From assembly GCA_024278985.1 (NCBI GenBank), contig JAJRSC010000016.1, positions 1 to 58,410 on the forward strand: DNA of 58,410 nt. Reading direction: 5' to 3'. Origin of the DNA: an archaeon (GTDB taxonomy: Archaea > AGJL01 > Methanococci > Methanococcales > Methanocaldococcaceae). Shown here in pieces: positions 1 to 10,196 of this stretch; the stretch's first letter is position 1, and every line of letters starts with the position of its first letter. A model generated the notes under the pieces. That model was not told where the DNA came from. It was given only the letters and a program-made list of their open reading frames with translations, and did no database searches. Both the position numbers and the translations under genes were made by a program.

Positions 1-2551
1 TTCTTAAAGCTAGTGGTGTTCCTGTAGTATAGTAGTATGTAGTTGTTTCTTCTGGTAATTCTGTTGCTAATGTTATTGTTACGATAGGATCTTTAACTAA
101 TGTTATTTCCAAAATACCATTTTCATAGATATACCATCCTACTTTACTAGTTATGTCATTTTCTTTTAGTGTTATATTATCTGTACCATTATTTATTGTT
201 ATATTTTTAATATTAAAGTCACCTATAGGAATAACTATTATAGCAAATCCTTTATCTGTAGTATTTGTAACATTTAACCTTATTTCTGAAATAACTTCAT
301 TATTATTTATTTCTGTTTTTACTTCTTTTTTTGTAATATTAAATCCAACTGATATAAGTGGTTTAATACTCTCATTAATTTCTTTAATTACATTGTTGAT
401 GTCATCTTTATTTTTTATAGTTATATATTTTGCTTTTTGTTTTGTTTCATTTAATATTTCAATAACTGTTTTATTAATAGATATATTATTTCCAATAATT
501 GGAATACTTATTTTATCTCCAGTATTAAGGGTTAATATAGTAATATTATACTCATCACCAATAATAAAATCTATATTGTTAATATTATTTTCTATATCAT
601 TGTTAATATTTACATAGTTTTTAATAAACTCTAAATTAACCATTTTATTATCTATATAAACCTTTAAAAATTTGTATCCATATATATCTGATAATACAAC
701 ATTTTTTATTATTGCAGAGTAAGTATTGTTAGTTGTATTAAAGGTAATCTCTGCTAATTCAAAATCTCCAGTTTTTGAAAGATTATATCCACTTATAAAT
801 AATGTATTGTTAGATACATTCCAATAATAAGTACCTATTGCTGTAACATTTAAGACTGATAAATTTTTTAATGAAATGTATATATCATACCCACCTAATG
901 CTCTTTCTCTATTAATTCCACAAACTTCTATTTTTGCTTTTATAATTCCATTATTATCTGAAACTTTATACATTTTTAATAATACTGGAGTTTCAACGAC
1001 TTTAACAGTTTTAACAACTTTGTTATCAGATTCATTTTCTTCTTTAATATTATTTAGAGTATCTGCAACTACAACAATAGTATATGTATTTAACTCATTT
1101 GGTGTCCAATTAAAACTTATAGTTTTTGACTCACCAACATTTAATGAATTTATTATAACACTTCCAAGTTTTTCAGTATTTACATAAACACTGACATCAA
1201 AAGGTTCTTTTATATCTTGATGTCCATTATTTATTATAGTTACATTTATAGGATTATTTACTCTATATATTGCAGGATTATTAACATCTACTTTTAAAAT
1301 TTTAATATTTGGTCCTTCAACTGTAACAATTGCTGGATTTATATAAATTTTATTAAATTTGTAACCATTAGCATCAGATACTTTAATATCTGCTAAGTTA
1401 ATCTCGGAACTACCTATATTTACTGCCTTAAATGTAGCTCTTGCAATTATTGTTGGAGTAGTTATATTTCCATCTAATATACTAAAGATTACTTTTCCAT
1501 TTTCAAAGGTTATATTTTCTAAACCTTCAGATGCATTTATTAAAAACTCAAATTTTGTACAATTTAATATCTCAGGATTATATGTTAAGATTCCATCAAT
1601 CCCTTTAGCAGGTCTTTTATCAGTAATATTATCTAATTTAATATCCACTGTAAATGTATCATTTATTTTTACTAATGTTGATGATGGAATTAATTTTATT
1701 TGTATTGGTTCTTCAATTGCACATAAGGTTTTAACATCCTTATTATTACTTTCATTATATTCTATTATAAGATTATCTGGATCCACTACTGCAACTACTG
1801 TATAATTTCTTTCTTCAGTAGGTATAAATGTAAAGTTTATTTCTTTAGATTCATTAACTTTAAGACCATTAATTACTTTTGTTCCAAGTTTTTCAGTATC
1901 TACAAATACACTAACAGTAATATTATTTGTTATATCACTTTCTCCAACATTTTTTACTAATACTGGAATTATGTTATCTTCATACGCTTTTAGAGTAGTT
2001 TGAACGACATTTACAGTTAAATCATAGGGGGAAAGTATTTTTACATTTGAATTTCTCACAACTAAGTTATTCTTATCTACTTTCCATGTGTAGTCTCCAC
2101 CAGAGTTAGATATTACAGTTCCACTTAAGGATATTGATGTATTATCTGAAGGTTTTAATGCTTTAAACTTTAAAGTTGCTATTGTAAAGTTTCCATAAGG
2201 ATAGTTATTAAACCATGACAAGCTAATATATACTCTTCCATTTTCAACAGAAATATTCTTAAGATTTGCACTATTAGCAATATCACTTAAAACAATATCA
2301 TTTTCAGTTATGTTTAATAAACTTGAATTAAAGTATATATATGTTTCAAATCCACCACAATATCCAGAATAGTTATTATAACCATCTGATATTGTTCCAT
2401 TTGGGACATTTTTTACTTCTAAAGTTAAGTTAAAACTTTGTCCCATCTTTACTACAACATTTGATGGAACTAATTCTACTGTTACATTTTCTCCATAAAC
2501 TCCAATAAAGGATATCATTAAAATTGATAATAATATCAACTTCCACTTCAT
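1..2551 (-). CDS. Secreted scaffoldin-like surface protein with alternating cohesin and CARDB domains; 3' end runs off the window
   Basis: Absent from the ORF track because it has no stop in the window. Manual translation from ATG 2551 (GGTGA upstream) stays open for 850 codons: signal peptide MKWKLILLSILMISFIGVYG, cohesin-like (FNLTLEVKNV..YCGGFETYIYFNSSLL..GNFTIATLKFKAL), CARDB-like (VVDPDNLIIEYNESNN), cohesin-like (KGIDGILTYNPEIL..IARATFKAV), CARDB-like (ADTLNNIKEENESDN), third cohesin-like (LGGYDIYI..FELAEITF). Many N-x-S/T sequons. Confidence 0.88.
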   Translation of the reverse strand, partial: MKWKLILLSILMISFIGVYGENVTVELVPSNVVVKMGQSFNLTLEVKNVPNGTISDGYNNYSGYCGGFETYIYFNSSLLNITENDIVLSDIANSANLKNISVENGRVYISLSWFNNYPYGNFTIATLKFKALKPSDNTSISLSGTVISNSGGDYTWKVDKNNLVVRNSNVKILSPYDLTVNVVQTTLKAYEDNIIPVLVKNVGESDITNNITVSVFVDTEKLGTKVINGLKVNESKEINFTFIPTEERNYTVVAVVDPDNLIIEYNESNNKDVKTLCAIEEPIQIKLIPSSTLVKINDTFTVDIKLDNITDKRPAKGIDGILTYNPEILNCTKFEFLINASEGLENITFENGKVIFSILDGNITTPTIIARATFKAVNIGSSEINLADIKVSDANGYKFNKIYINPAIVTVEGPNIKILKVDVNNPAIYRVNNPINVTIINNGHQDIKEPFDVSVYVNTEKLGSVIINSLNVGESKTISFNWTPNELNTYTIVVVADTLNNIKEENESDNKVVKTVKVVETPVLLKMYKVSDNNGIIKAKIEVCGINRERALGGYDIYISLKNLSVLNVTAIGTYYWNVSNNTLFISGYNLSKTGDFELAEITFNTTNNTYSAIIKNVVLSDIYGYKFLKVYIDNKMVNLEFIKNYVNINNDIENNINNIDFIIGDEYNITILTLNTGDKISIPIIGNNISINKTVIEILNETKQKAKYITIKNKDDINNVIKEINESIKPLISVGFNITKKEVKTEINNNEVISEIRLNVTNTTDKGFAIIVIPIGDFNIKNITINNGTDNITLKENDITSKVGWYIYENGILEITLVKDPIVTITLATELPEETTTYYYTTGTPLALR

Positions 2552-2662
2552 TACTATTCACCATTTTAAAGATTTTGATTTTAATTAAGTAGAATAATAT
2601 AAAAATATTACTTTTTATTTTTTTGTTATTAAAATAGTAATTAAAAATTAAAGTAAGGATAG

Positions 2663-4036
2663 TTATCCTGCAGTATATGGTACTGCTGTATTATTATCAG
2701 GATAATATCTTAAGAAATAGTGTGTAGTTCTACCTTTAAATACTTCTGGATGAATTATTGTTCCTAAATCCCATAAAACATCATCAGTGTTCAACAATCC
2801 CAGTTGCCAGTAGTCATCACTTATACAGAATAACCTACCGTTTTGTACTGCTTTGAAGTACTCATATCCTGGGTGGTCTTCTTTGAATGTTGATAACCAC
2901 TCTGTACTTGATGGTACTACCCATATATCTGCATTCTTAGCTCTTTCTGCAAAGGTTTCATAACTTATACATGCACTTCCAGTTCCTGGAATATCTTTAA
3001 ATATGTAATCTCCATGACAATCTTCCATTATCGCCTTAGCAACGTATGACTGTGCTTTTGGAACATAAGTTCCTCCAAAACTTGGATAATTTTTACCCCA
3101 TGCTACTAATGGTCTGTCTGTATTTCTTGTTAATCTTCTAACATCTAATGATCTCTTTACTATTCTTGTAAAGTATTTTTTTGCAACATCTTCCTTGTTG
3201 TAAAATGCTGCAAACAACTTTACCCATTCACATCTAGCAAGATAGGAATCTTCTAAGTATTCTGCATCAGCGACATAAGTTAAGTTCAACTCTTTACATT
3301 TTTCAATTACTGCGTCTCCACTATATCCTGGATAGACAAATATAACTTGTGGTGAGATATTAAGGATTAAATCATAGTTTGGATTGTATGTTGAACCAAC
3401 ATCAATTATTGAACCATTTTCTAGACCTTCCTCAATATTTTTAAAGTACCACTTATATTGTTTACCCCACATTATTCCTTTTACTGAAGCAATTACTGAA
3501 CCATCATTATTTATCGCTTCCATTAAAGCTATTTCTGTAGAACTCATTACAACAACTCTTTTTAAAGGAACATTAATTACTTTATCATATTTTCCTTTAG
3601 CCCATGAAGGAATTGGTTCAGTTTCATTTTTTAATAAAAATCTTTGTCCAGTAGCATCTACTACTATTTTATATGCATATGGTTCTCCATTATAGGGATT
3701 TACTTCAATACCATTTTTATCGTAGTAGGTTATCTTTATATTTTTAGCGTAGACGATAGGTTCTCTTAATTTTTGATAATTATCAAAGAGATAGACCACA
3801 TCTGCAATATCAATTGAACCATCTGCATTTATATCCCCATCTTCCAAACTAAGGTTTCTATGTTTGAAAAGATAGACTACATCTGCAATATTAATTGAAC
3901 CATCTCCATTTACATCTCCGAACCTATGGTTATAGTCTCCTGGAGTAATATCTTTCCATGTTAATGCATTTACATCTGAATATATAGGTATAAATATTAA
4001 AAAAGCTATAGCTATATACCAAATATTTTTTATCAT
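2663..4036 (-). CDS. Dockerin domain fused to a TroA/BtuF-class (cobalamin/iron-complex) ABC substrate-binding protein
   Basis: Two dockerin Ca-loop repeats, GDVNGDGSINIADVVYL and GDINADGSIDIADVVYL, then a helical-backbone binding-protein fold (VPLKRVVVMSSTEIA, NYDLILNISPQVIF, YLARCEWVKLFAAFY, FKAVQNGRLF). Likely start ATG 4036 after GGTGA; track start is 4048. Confidence 0.88.
   Translation of the reverse strand: MIKNIWYIAIAFLIFIPIYSDVNALTWKDITPGDYNHRFGDVNGDGSINIADVVYLFKHRNLSLEDGDINADGSIDIADVVYLFDNYQKLREPIVYAKNIKITYYDKNGIEVNPYNGEPYAYKIVVDATGQRFLLKNETEPIPSWAKGKYDKVINVPLKRVVVMSSTEIALMEAINNDGSVIASVKGIMWGKQYKWYFKNIEEGLENGSIIDVGSTYNPNYDLILNISPQVIFVYPGYSGDAVIEKCKELNLTYVADAEYLEDSYLARCEWVKLFAAFYNKEDVAKKYFTRIVKRSLDVRRLTRNTDRPLVAWGKNYPSFGGTYVPKAQSYVAKAIMEDCHGDYIFKDIPGTGSACISYETFAERAKNADIWVVPSSTEWLSTFKEDHPGYEYFKAVQNGRLFCISDDYWQLGLLNTDDVLWDLGTIIHPEVFKGRTTHYFLRYYPDNNTAVPYTAG
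3790..3920 (-). repeat. Internal duplication encoding the two dockerin repeats
   Basis: Near-identical DNA blocks GATGG(A/T)-containing 'atagac(c/t)acatctgcaatat(c/t)aattgaaccatct' at about 3790-3835 and 3871-3915. Confidence 0.85.
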
Positions 4037-4118
4037 TAATATCACCATTTGGAATTTTAAATATTTAAAATTAATACTGTAAAGATATTATGTCATAAAT
4101 TATATTTTAAAGGATTAC

Positions 4119-4151
4119 AATAAAACTATATAAAATAAAACTATATAAAAT
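4119..4151. repeat. 15-bp tandem duplication of a TATA-like element upstream of the dockerin gene
   Basis: aataaaactatataa repeated twice; the minus strand reads TTTTATATA twice. Confidence 0.6.
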
Positions 4152-4229
4152 TTATGGTAAACTTTATTATTAATAAAATAATCTTTAAAATATAAAAATA
4201 TATTATTTGCTTTTAAATCATAAATTTTA

Positions 4230-4664
4230 TTATTTTATTTTTTCTATTCTATTTTCTGGGAAAATTATAGCATTGTTCTCACAACACATATAGGAACAGG
4301 CATTGCAGTTAATTATACAGTTATATGGATATTTAACAATAACTCTACCATTTTCTATATCATAAACACCTTTAGGGCAAAATTCAACACATTTCTTACA
4401 ATTTTTGCATTTTTCATAATTTATCTTTGGGAACCATGGGATTTCTTTCCTCTTCTTCCCATTAAATTCCTCATACTCTATTTCCATAACTGCATCATAA
4501 AGCGTTTTATATAATCTTTTATTTGGTTCTCTAACAAGTTTTGTGACTTCTTCATAAGTATTATATATTTCATCCATTCCCAATTCTTTTGAGAGTTTTT
4601 TAATCTCCAAATTTAAAATCATAAATTTTCTAATTTTCTTTAGTAGTTCTTTTTTCTTTTCCAT
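4230..4664 (-). CDS. 2x[4Fe-4S] ferredoxin-domain protein with N-terminal helical extension
   Basis: CKNCKKCVEFCP and CIINCNACSYMCC motifs; divergent from cobN. Confidence 0.85.
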   Translation of the reverse strand: MEKKKELLKKIRKFMILNLEIKKLSKELGMDEIYNTYEEVTKLVREPNKRLYKTLYDAVMEIEYEEFNGKKRKEIPWFPKINYEKCKNCKKCVEFCPKGVYDIENGRVIVKYPYNCIINCNACSYMCCENNAIIFPENRIEKIK

Positions 4665-4808
4665 CTTTTCACATTATTTAAGTTTTAAAAGTCATAAAAA
4701 AATCTACAAAAATTTTAATTATGTACCATGGATGATATATTAATATTAGTTGAAACTTTATAAATATTAATTGAAAATTTTTTAATTTAATTTTAATGGT
4801 GAAAATTA

Positions 4809-7800
4809 ATGATAAAAATAGGGTTTGTTTCTACAGTAGATAGTGATGATTTGGTTTTTGAAGAGGCATATAAAGAAGTAAAAAAGTATGGAATTGAATT
4901 TAAAATTTTGGATTATAAATGTAACGAGAAAGAGTTTAAAGATTTTTTAGAGTTTATTAAAGATGCTAACATTGTATTTACAAAACTTATGGTAGGAAAA
5001 AAAGCCTTTAAATACTTTGATGAATTAAAAGCATTTGTTGATAAACGTAATATTCCATTTCTTCCACTCCCTACATTAAATGAAGTTCATCCAGATTTGG
5101 ATGATGCTACAACTGTAAGTGAGGAAGTTAAATTAAAGGTTATCAAATATTTGGGATATGAAGGAATTGAAAATTATAAAAATCTCTTATTATATTTAGC
5201 AAATAAATTTGGAGATAAAAATATTCCTTATAAAGAACCAAAGCCCATGCCATGGCAAGGAATTTATTATAAAGGAAAATACTTTGAAACCTTAAATAAC
5301 TATTTAAATTATTTAAAAAAAATTGATAAAAAAATAGATGGAAAACCAATTATTGGAATTTTATTTTACAGAAATTGGTTTATTGCAAATAATATTGATT
5401 ATCTTAACGATTTAATTAATGTTATTGAGAATAAAGGAGCAATACCTGTTGCTGTCTTCACATCACATTTAAAAAATGAATTGGGGGCTATTGGGACATT
5501 AGAAGTGTTTAAAAAATTTTTTTATAAAGATGGCAAACCATTTATTCATACTTTAATAAACACAACTATGTTTACCTTATCTATGGGAGTTAAGGCAGAT
5601 ATCCTAAAAGATGAACCTGAATTTTTAAAAGAGTTAAATGTCCCAATCTTGCAGGGAATTATAAGTACTGGATTTATTGAAGATTGGGAAAAATCAATAT
5701 CTGGAATAAATCCAATTGATTTAGTTATAGGAATGGCAATGCCAGAATTTGATGGAGCAATAATACATTTCCCAATAGGTGGAAAGAAAAAGGTTAAGGA
5801 TGGAGATGTTGGAGTTCCAATTATAAAATATAAAGCAATAAAAGATAGAACTGAGAAAATAGTTAATTTAGCATTGAAATATGCAGATTTAAAGTTAAAA
5901 CCAAACAAAGAGAAAAGAATTGCAATAATTTTCCATAACTATCCACCAAGGAATGATAAAATAGCAAGTGCTTTTGGATTAGATAGTCCTGAAAGTGTTG
6001 TCAATATATTAAAAAAGTTAAAAAATAGAGGTTTTATAGTCGATGAAATTCCAAAAAATGGAACTGAACTAATTAAAAAAATGTTAAATTATGCAACAAA
6101 TGATAAGAGATTTTTAACTGAAGAGATGATAAAAAAAGCTGTAGGAAAAATAAAAAAAGAAGATTATGAGAAATGGTTTAATTCTCTCTCTAATAAAGTT
6201 AAAGAAGAATTAATTAAAAATTGGGGGGAAATTCCAGGAGAAGTTATGAATTTTGATAATAACTTAATTATTCCAGGAATAATTAATGGAAATGTTTTTA
6301 TCTCAGTTCAACCACCAAGGGGCTTTGGGGAAAATCCTTCCGCCATTTATCATTCTCCAGATATGCCACCTACTCATTACTACATTGCTTTTTATAAATG
6401 GATTAAAGAAGTTTTTAAAGCAGATGCTATAATGCATATAGGAAAACATGGAAGTTTAGAATGGTTGCCAGGAAAAGGTGCAGGTTTATCAAGAGATTGC
6501 TATCCAGATATTTGTATGGAATTGCCAAACATCTATCCATATATTGTAAATAATCCTGGAGAAGGAACTCAAGCAAAGAGAAGAAGTTATGCAACAATTA
6601 TAAGCCATTTAATTCCACCAATGACAATATCTGAGTTGTATGGAGATTTAGAAGAATTAGAAAAGAATATTGATGAATACTATGAAACTGAAAATAAAGA
6701 AAAGAAAGAGTTTTTAAAGAAAGAAATTTTGAATAAAATTAAAGAATTAAAGCTGAATGAGGACTTGATGGATGGGAAAGTTATAGATGAGGAAATTAGT
6801 GAAAAAAACTTTGATAAATTGTTAAATAAAATCCATGATTATTTAGAGGAATTAAAAAATAGGCAGATAAATGAAGGATTGCATATAATGGGAGAACCTT
6901 TGGAAGAGGAGAAGTTAATTAATATGATATTTATGATTATCAGATATCAGTTTAACTACTTGGAGATTCTATCTAAAATTTTAGGGTATGATTGGAATAA
7001 ATTAAATGAAGAAAAAGGAAAAAAACATAAAATTATTGATAAAATAAATAAAATTGGAATAAATCTAATAAAAGAATATATGAAATATAATTTTGATGAA
7101 AATAAAATTGAGGAATTAAAAACCATAAAACCTAATTCTGAACTAAAAGAAGTTTTAAAAATTATATCAAAAATATATAGAAATTTAATGATGGTAAATG
7201 AAGAGATTGAAAATGCAGTAAATGCCTTAGAAGGAAAATATGTTCCTCCAAAAATAGCAGGAGCACCAACAAAAGATATAAACTGCCTCCCGACAGGAAG
7301 AAACTTCTATTCTTGCAACCCTCAAGAAATACCAACAAAATCTGCTTATGAAATGGGAAAGAAATTAGCTAATGATTTAATTAATAAGTATTTAAAAGAA
7401 GAGGGAAAGTATCCTGAGTATATTGGAATTATTGTCTGGGGTTCTCCTACAATGAGAACAAAGGGAGATGATATTGGGGAGATTTTATATTTATTAGGGG
7501 TTAAACCAGTTTGGAATAAGATGGGGAGAGTTGTTGGTTTAGAAGTCATACCATTAGAAGAGTTAGGAAGGCCAAGAATTGATGTAACTTTAAGAATTAG
7601 TGGTTTATTTAGGGATACTTTTCCACAAGTTATTGATTTAATAGATGAGGCAATAAAAATGGTTGCAAACTTAGATGAGCCAGATGACCTAAATTTTGTT
7701 AAAAAACATTACAAGCAGGAAGTTATGGAAAAAATAAAGAAAGGAATTGATGAAAAAACAGCAAGAGAAACATCTCTATATAGAATATTTGGATGTAAAC

Positions 7801-8498
7801 CTGGATGTTATGGAGCTGGAGTTGCAGATTTATTAACTGAGAAAAATTGGAAATCATTGGAGGATTTGGCAAAGGTTTATGTTGAATGGGGAGGTTATGT
7901 TTATGGAAAAGGAATTCATGGTATTGAGGCAAAGGAAGAATTTATTAAAAGGTTATCAAAGATTGAGCTAACTGTTAAAAATGAAGATAGCCAAGAATGG
8001 GACATTTTTGAGGGAGATGATTTCAATAGTTATCATGGTGGGATGATTGCAGCTGTAACTTTCTACTCTGGTAAGCAACCAAAAAGTTATATTGGAGATA
8101 CTTCAAATCCAAATAAGATAAAAACAAAACATTTGAAAGAGGAAGGAAAGCAGATATTTAGAACAAAAATAATGAATCCAAAGTGGATTGAAGGGTTGAA
8201 GAAGCATGGCTATAAGGGGGCAAGTGATTTCTCAAAGTATATTGACCATATCTTTCAATGGGATGCAACCTCAAATATAATAGATGACTGGATGTATCAA
8301 AAAATTGCTGAAAATTATGTTTTTGATAAAGAAATGGAAGAGTTCTTTAAAGAAAACAATCCTTATGCCTTATTAAACATAACTGAAAGGTTATTAGAAG
8401 CTATAGAAAGGGGAATGTGGAAGACAGATGAAGAAACAAAAGAAAAGTTAAGAAAAAAATACTTAGAAATTGAGGGAATGATAGAAGAGAAATTATAA
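4809..8498 (+). CDS. cobN: Cobaltochelatase subunit CobN
   Basis: 1229 aa; HIGKHGSLEWLPGK, NPGEGTQAKRR, LPTGRNFYS, LGRPRIDVTLRISGLFRD, GFGENP motifs. Confidence 0.95.
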   Translation: MIKIGFVSTVDSDDLVFEEAYKEVKKYGIEFKILDYKCNEKEFKDFLEFIKDANIVFTKLMVGKKAFKYFDELKAFVDKRNIPFLPLPTLNEVHPDLDDATTVSEEVKLKVIKYLGYEGIENYKNLLLYLANKFGDKNIPYKEPKPMPWQGIYYKGKYFETLNNYLNYLKKIDKKIDGKPIIGILFYRNWFIANNIDYLNDLINVIENKGAIPVAVFTSHLKNELGAIGTLEVFKKFFYKDGKPFIHTLINTTMFTLSMGVKADILKDEPEFLKELNVPILQGIISTGFIEDWEKSISGINPIDLVIGMAMPEFDGAIIHFPIGGKKKVKDGDVGVPIIKYKAIKDRTEKIVNLALKYADLKLKPNKEKRIAIIFHNYPPRNDKIASAFGLDSPESVVNILKKLKNRGFIVDEIPKNGTELIKKMLNYATNDKRFLTEEMIKKAVGKIKKEDYEKWFNSLSNKVKEELIKNWGEIPGEVMNFDNNLIIPGIINGNVFISVQPPRGFGENPSAIYHSPDMPPTHYYIAFYKWIKEVFKADAIMHIGKHGSLEWLPGKGAGLSRDCYPDICMELPNIYPYIVNNPGEGTQAKRRSYATIISHLIPPMTISELYGDLEELEKNIDEYYETENKEKKEFLKKEILNKIKELKLNEDLMDGKVIDEEISEKNFDKLLNKIHDYLEELKNRQINEGLHIMGEPLEEEKLINMIFMIIRYQFNYLEILSKILGYDWNKLNEEKGKKHKIIDKINKIGINLIKEYMKYNFDENKIEELKTIKPNSELKEVLKIISKIYRNLMMVNEEIENAVNALEGKYVPPKIAGAPTKDINCLPTGRNFYSCNPQEIPTKSAYEMGKKLANDLINKYLKEEGKYPEYIGIIVWGSPTMRTKGDDIGEILYLLGVKPVWNKMGRVVGLEVIPLEELGRPRIDVTLRISGLFRDTFPQVIDLIDEAIKMVANLDEPDDLNFVKKHYKQEVMEKIKKGIDEKTARETSLYRIFGCKPGCYGAGVADLLTEKNWKSLEDLAKVYVEWGGYVYGKGIHGIEAKEEFIKRLSKIELTVKNEDSQEWDIFEGDDFNSYHGGMIAAVTFYSGKQPKSYIGDTSNPNKIKTKHLKEEGKQIFRTKIMNPKWIEGLKKHGYKGASDFSKYIDHIFQWDATSNIIDDWMYQKIAENYVFDKEMEEFFKENNPYALLNITERLLEAIERGMWKTDEETKEKLRKKYLEIEGMIEEKL

Positions 8499-8524
8499 AC
8501 TATTATAATTATAGTTGTGAAATT

Positions 8525-9385
8525 ATGAAATATCTCATTTTAAAAATAACAAATAGATGTAATTTAAACTGTGTTTATTGTTATGCAATTAATAAAAATA
8601 ACAGAGATATGGATTTTGAAACAGCAAAGAATGCCATTGATTATATTTTAAAAATGGATGATAAGTTAAAAATTCAATTTACTGGTGGAGAACCACTTTT
8701 AAATTTTGATTTGATTAAAAAAATAATAGATTATTGCAATGAAAACTATTCCAATAAATATATTTCCTATGCAATACAAACAAATGGAACCCTACTAAAT
8801 GAAAAAATTATTAAAAAAATTAAAAATTTAAATATAAAAATTGGTATTAGTATAGATGGTTTGGAGGTAAATGATAAGCTAAGACCCTACAAAAACAAAA
8901 ATCCTTCAACAATAGATACATTAAAAGGAATATATCTTTTAAAAGAATATAATATTCCTTTTGGTGTAACAATAGTTGTAACAAATAAAAATTTACCATA
9001 TATAAAAGAATTTGTTGAATATTTAATGGCTTTAGGTATTAAAAGCATAAGTTTTGATTTATTAAAACCAAAGAGAAAAGAACATTTAAAACTATTGCCT
9101 GATAAAGATGAATTTAATAAAATTTTAAATGAATTAAAGAATTATCCAATATATATTAAAAATATAGTAAGAAATGAAAAGTTAAAATATTATAAAAAAT
9201 ACTGCTTTTTAAATACTGGAGATTTACTCTTTGTTAATGAATATGGAGACATTTTTCCCTGTCCAACATTGGAAGGATATTTTTATATAGGAAATATAAA
9301 TAAATCTAATAAAAAAAATTTAAAATTATTTAAAGTTGATTGTAGTTATTGTTTTGCAAGAAAATATTTAATGAATCAATTTTAA
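8525..9385 (+). CDS. Radical SAM protein with C-terminal Cys-containing (twitch/SPASM-like) region
   Basis: CNLNCVYC, FTGGEPLL, QTNGTLL, SIDG, GDIFPC. Confidence 0.9.
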   Translation: MKYLILKITNRCNLNCVYCYAINKNNRDMDFETAKNAIDYILKMDDKLKIQFTGGEPLLNFDLIKKIIDYCNENYSNKYISYAIQTNGTLLNEKIIKKIKNLNIKIGISIDGLEVNDKLRPYKNKNPSTIDTLKGIYLLKEYNIPFGVTIVVTNKNLPYIKEFVEYLMALGIKSISFDLLKPKRKEHLKLLPDKDEFNKILNELKNYPIYIKNIVRNEKLKYYKKYCFLNTGDLLFVNEYGDIFPCPTLEGYFYIGNINKSNKKNLKLFKVDCSYCFARKYLMNQF

Positions 9386-9395
9386 GGGATAAACA

Positions 9396-10145
9396 ATGAT
9401 TGGAGTTTCAACAAGCATATTTTTAAATTCTAATAAAAAGTTAGAAAATGCTCTTTCCTTTTTAGAGAATAAAACAAAATATGTAGAACTTATTTGTGAT
9501 GGATACTTAAATGTTATGGAACATACTGAAATTCCTCTATCATACAATTTAAAATATACATTACATTGTCCTCTTACAGATATGAACCTATCATCTTTTA
9601 GAGAGAAAGTTAGAAAAACAAGTATAGAGATTGTTGAAGATATTTTAAAAGTTGCTGATGTTGTTAATGCCTCTTTAATTGTACTACATCCAGGATATTG
9701 TGTATTTAAAGAGGACTATTTAAAGGCATTAAATTCTCTAAAAAAATCTTTATATGAATTAAATAAACTTCAAAATGAATATTCTATACAAATAACAATA
9801 GAGAATATGCCATCCTATAGTATGTTTATGTTTAGAGAACCAAATGAAATTATTGATACTTTAGGAGATATTGGAATAACTTTTGATATTGGCCATTCTT
9901 TTTTAAATAAAAATATTGAAAAATTTTTAGATAATAACCTTATAAAAAAAATTTATCACATTCATATCCATGATAACAATGGAGTATTTGATGAACATCT
10001 ATGTATAGGAAAGGGCAAGATTGAATTTGATAAATATAAAAAGAAGTTAAAAAAAATAAATTGTATAAAAATGATAGAAATGCAGTATAAAAGTATTGAT
10101 GATTTAGATTTATGTATTGATAGAGTTAAAAGATTGTTCAGATAA
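9396..10145 (+). CDS. Xylose isomerase-like/AP endonuclease family 2 TIM-barrel protein
   Basis: TLHCP, VLHPG, IENMP, TFDIGH, HIHIHDNNG..DEHLCIGKG. Confidence 0.85.
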   Translation: MIGVSTSIFLNSNKKLENALSFLENKTKYVELICDGYLNVMEHTEIPLSYNLKYTLHCPLTDMNLSSFREKVRKTSIEIVEDILKVADVVNASLIVLHPGYCVFKEDYLKALNSLKKSLYELNKLQNEYSIQITIENMPSYSMFMFREPNEIIDTLGDIGITFDIGHSFLNKNIEKFLDNNLIKKIYHIHIHDNNGVFDEHLCIGKGKIEFDKYKKKLKKINCIKMIEMQYKSIDDLDLCIDRVKRLFR

Positions 10146-10196
10146 TAAATTTCTTTTTATACAATTTAAGATTATTATAAAAAGAAACTCTTTTAG

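Noticed and set aside
153-1187. Plus-strand track ORFs 153..617 and 876..1187
   Set aside because: Antisense shadows of the long minus-strand scaffoldin gene.
4050-4808. Cobalamin riboswitch upstream of the binding protein or cobN
   Set aside because: The intergenic DNA is almost pure AT, with no B12 box or stable stems.
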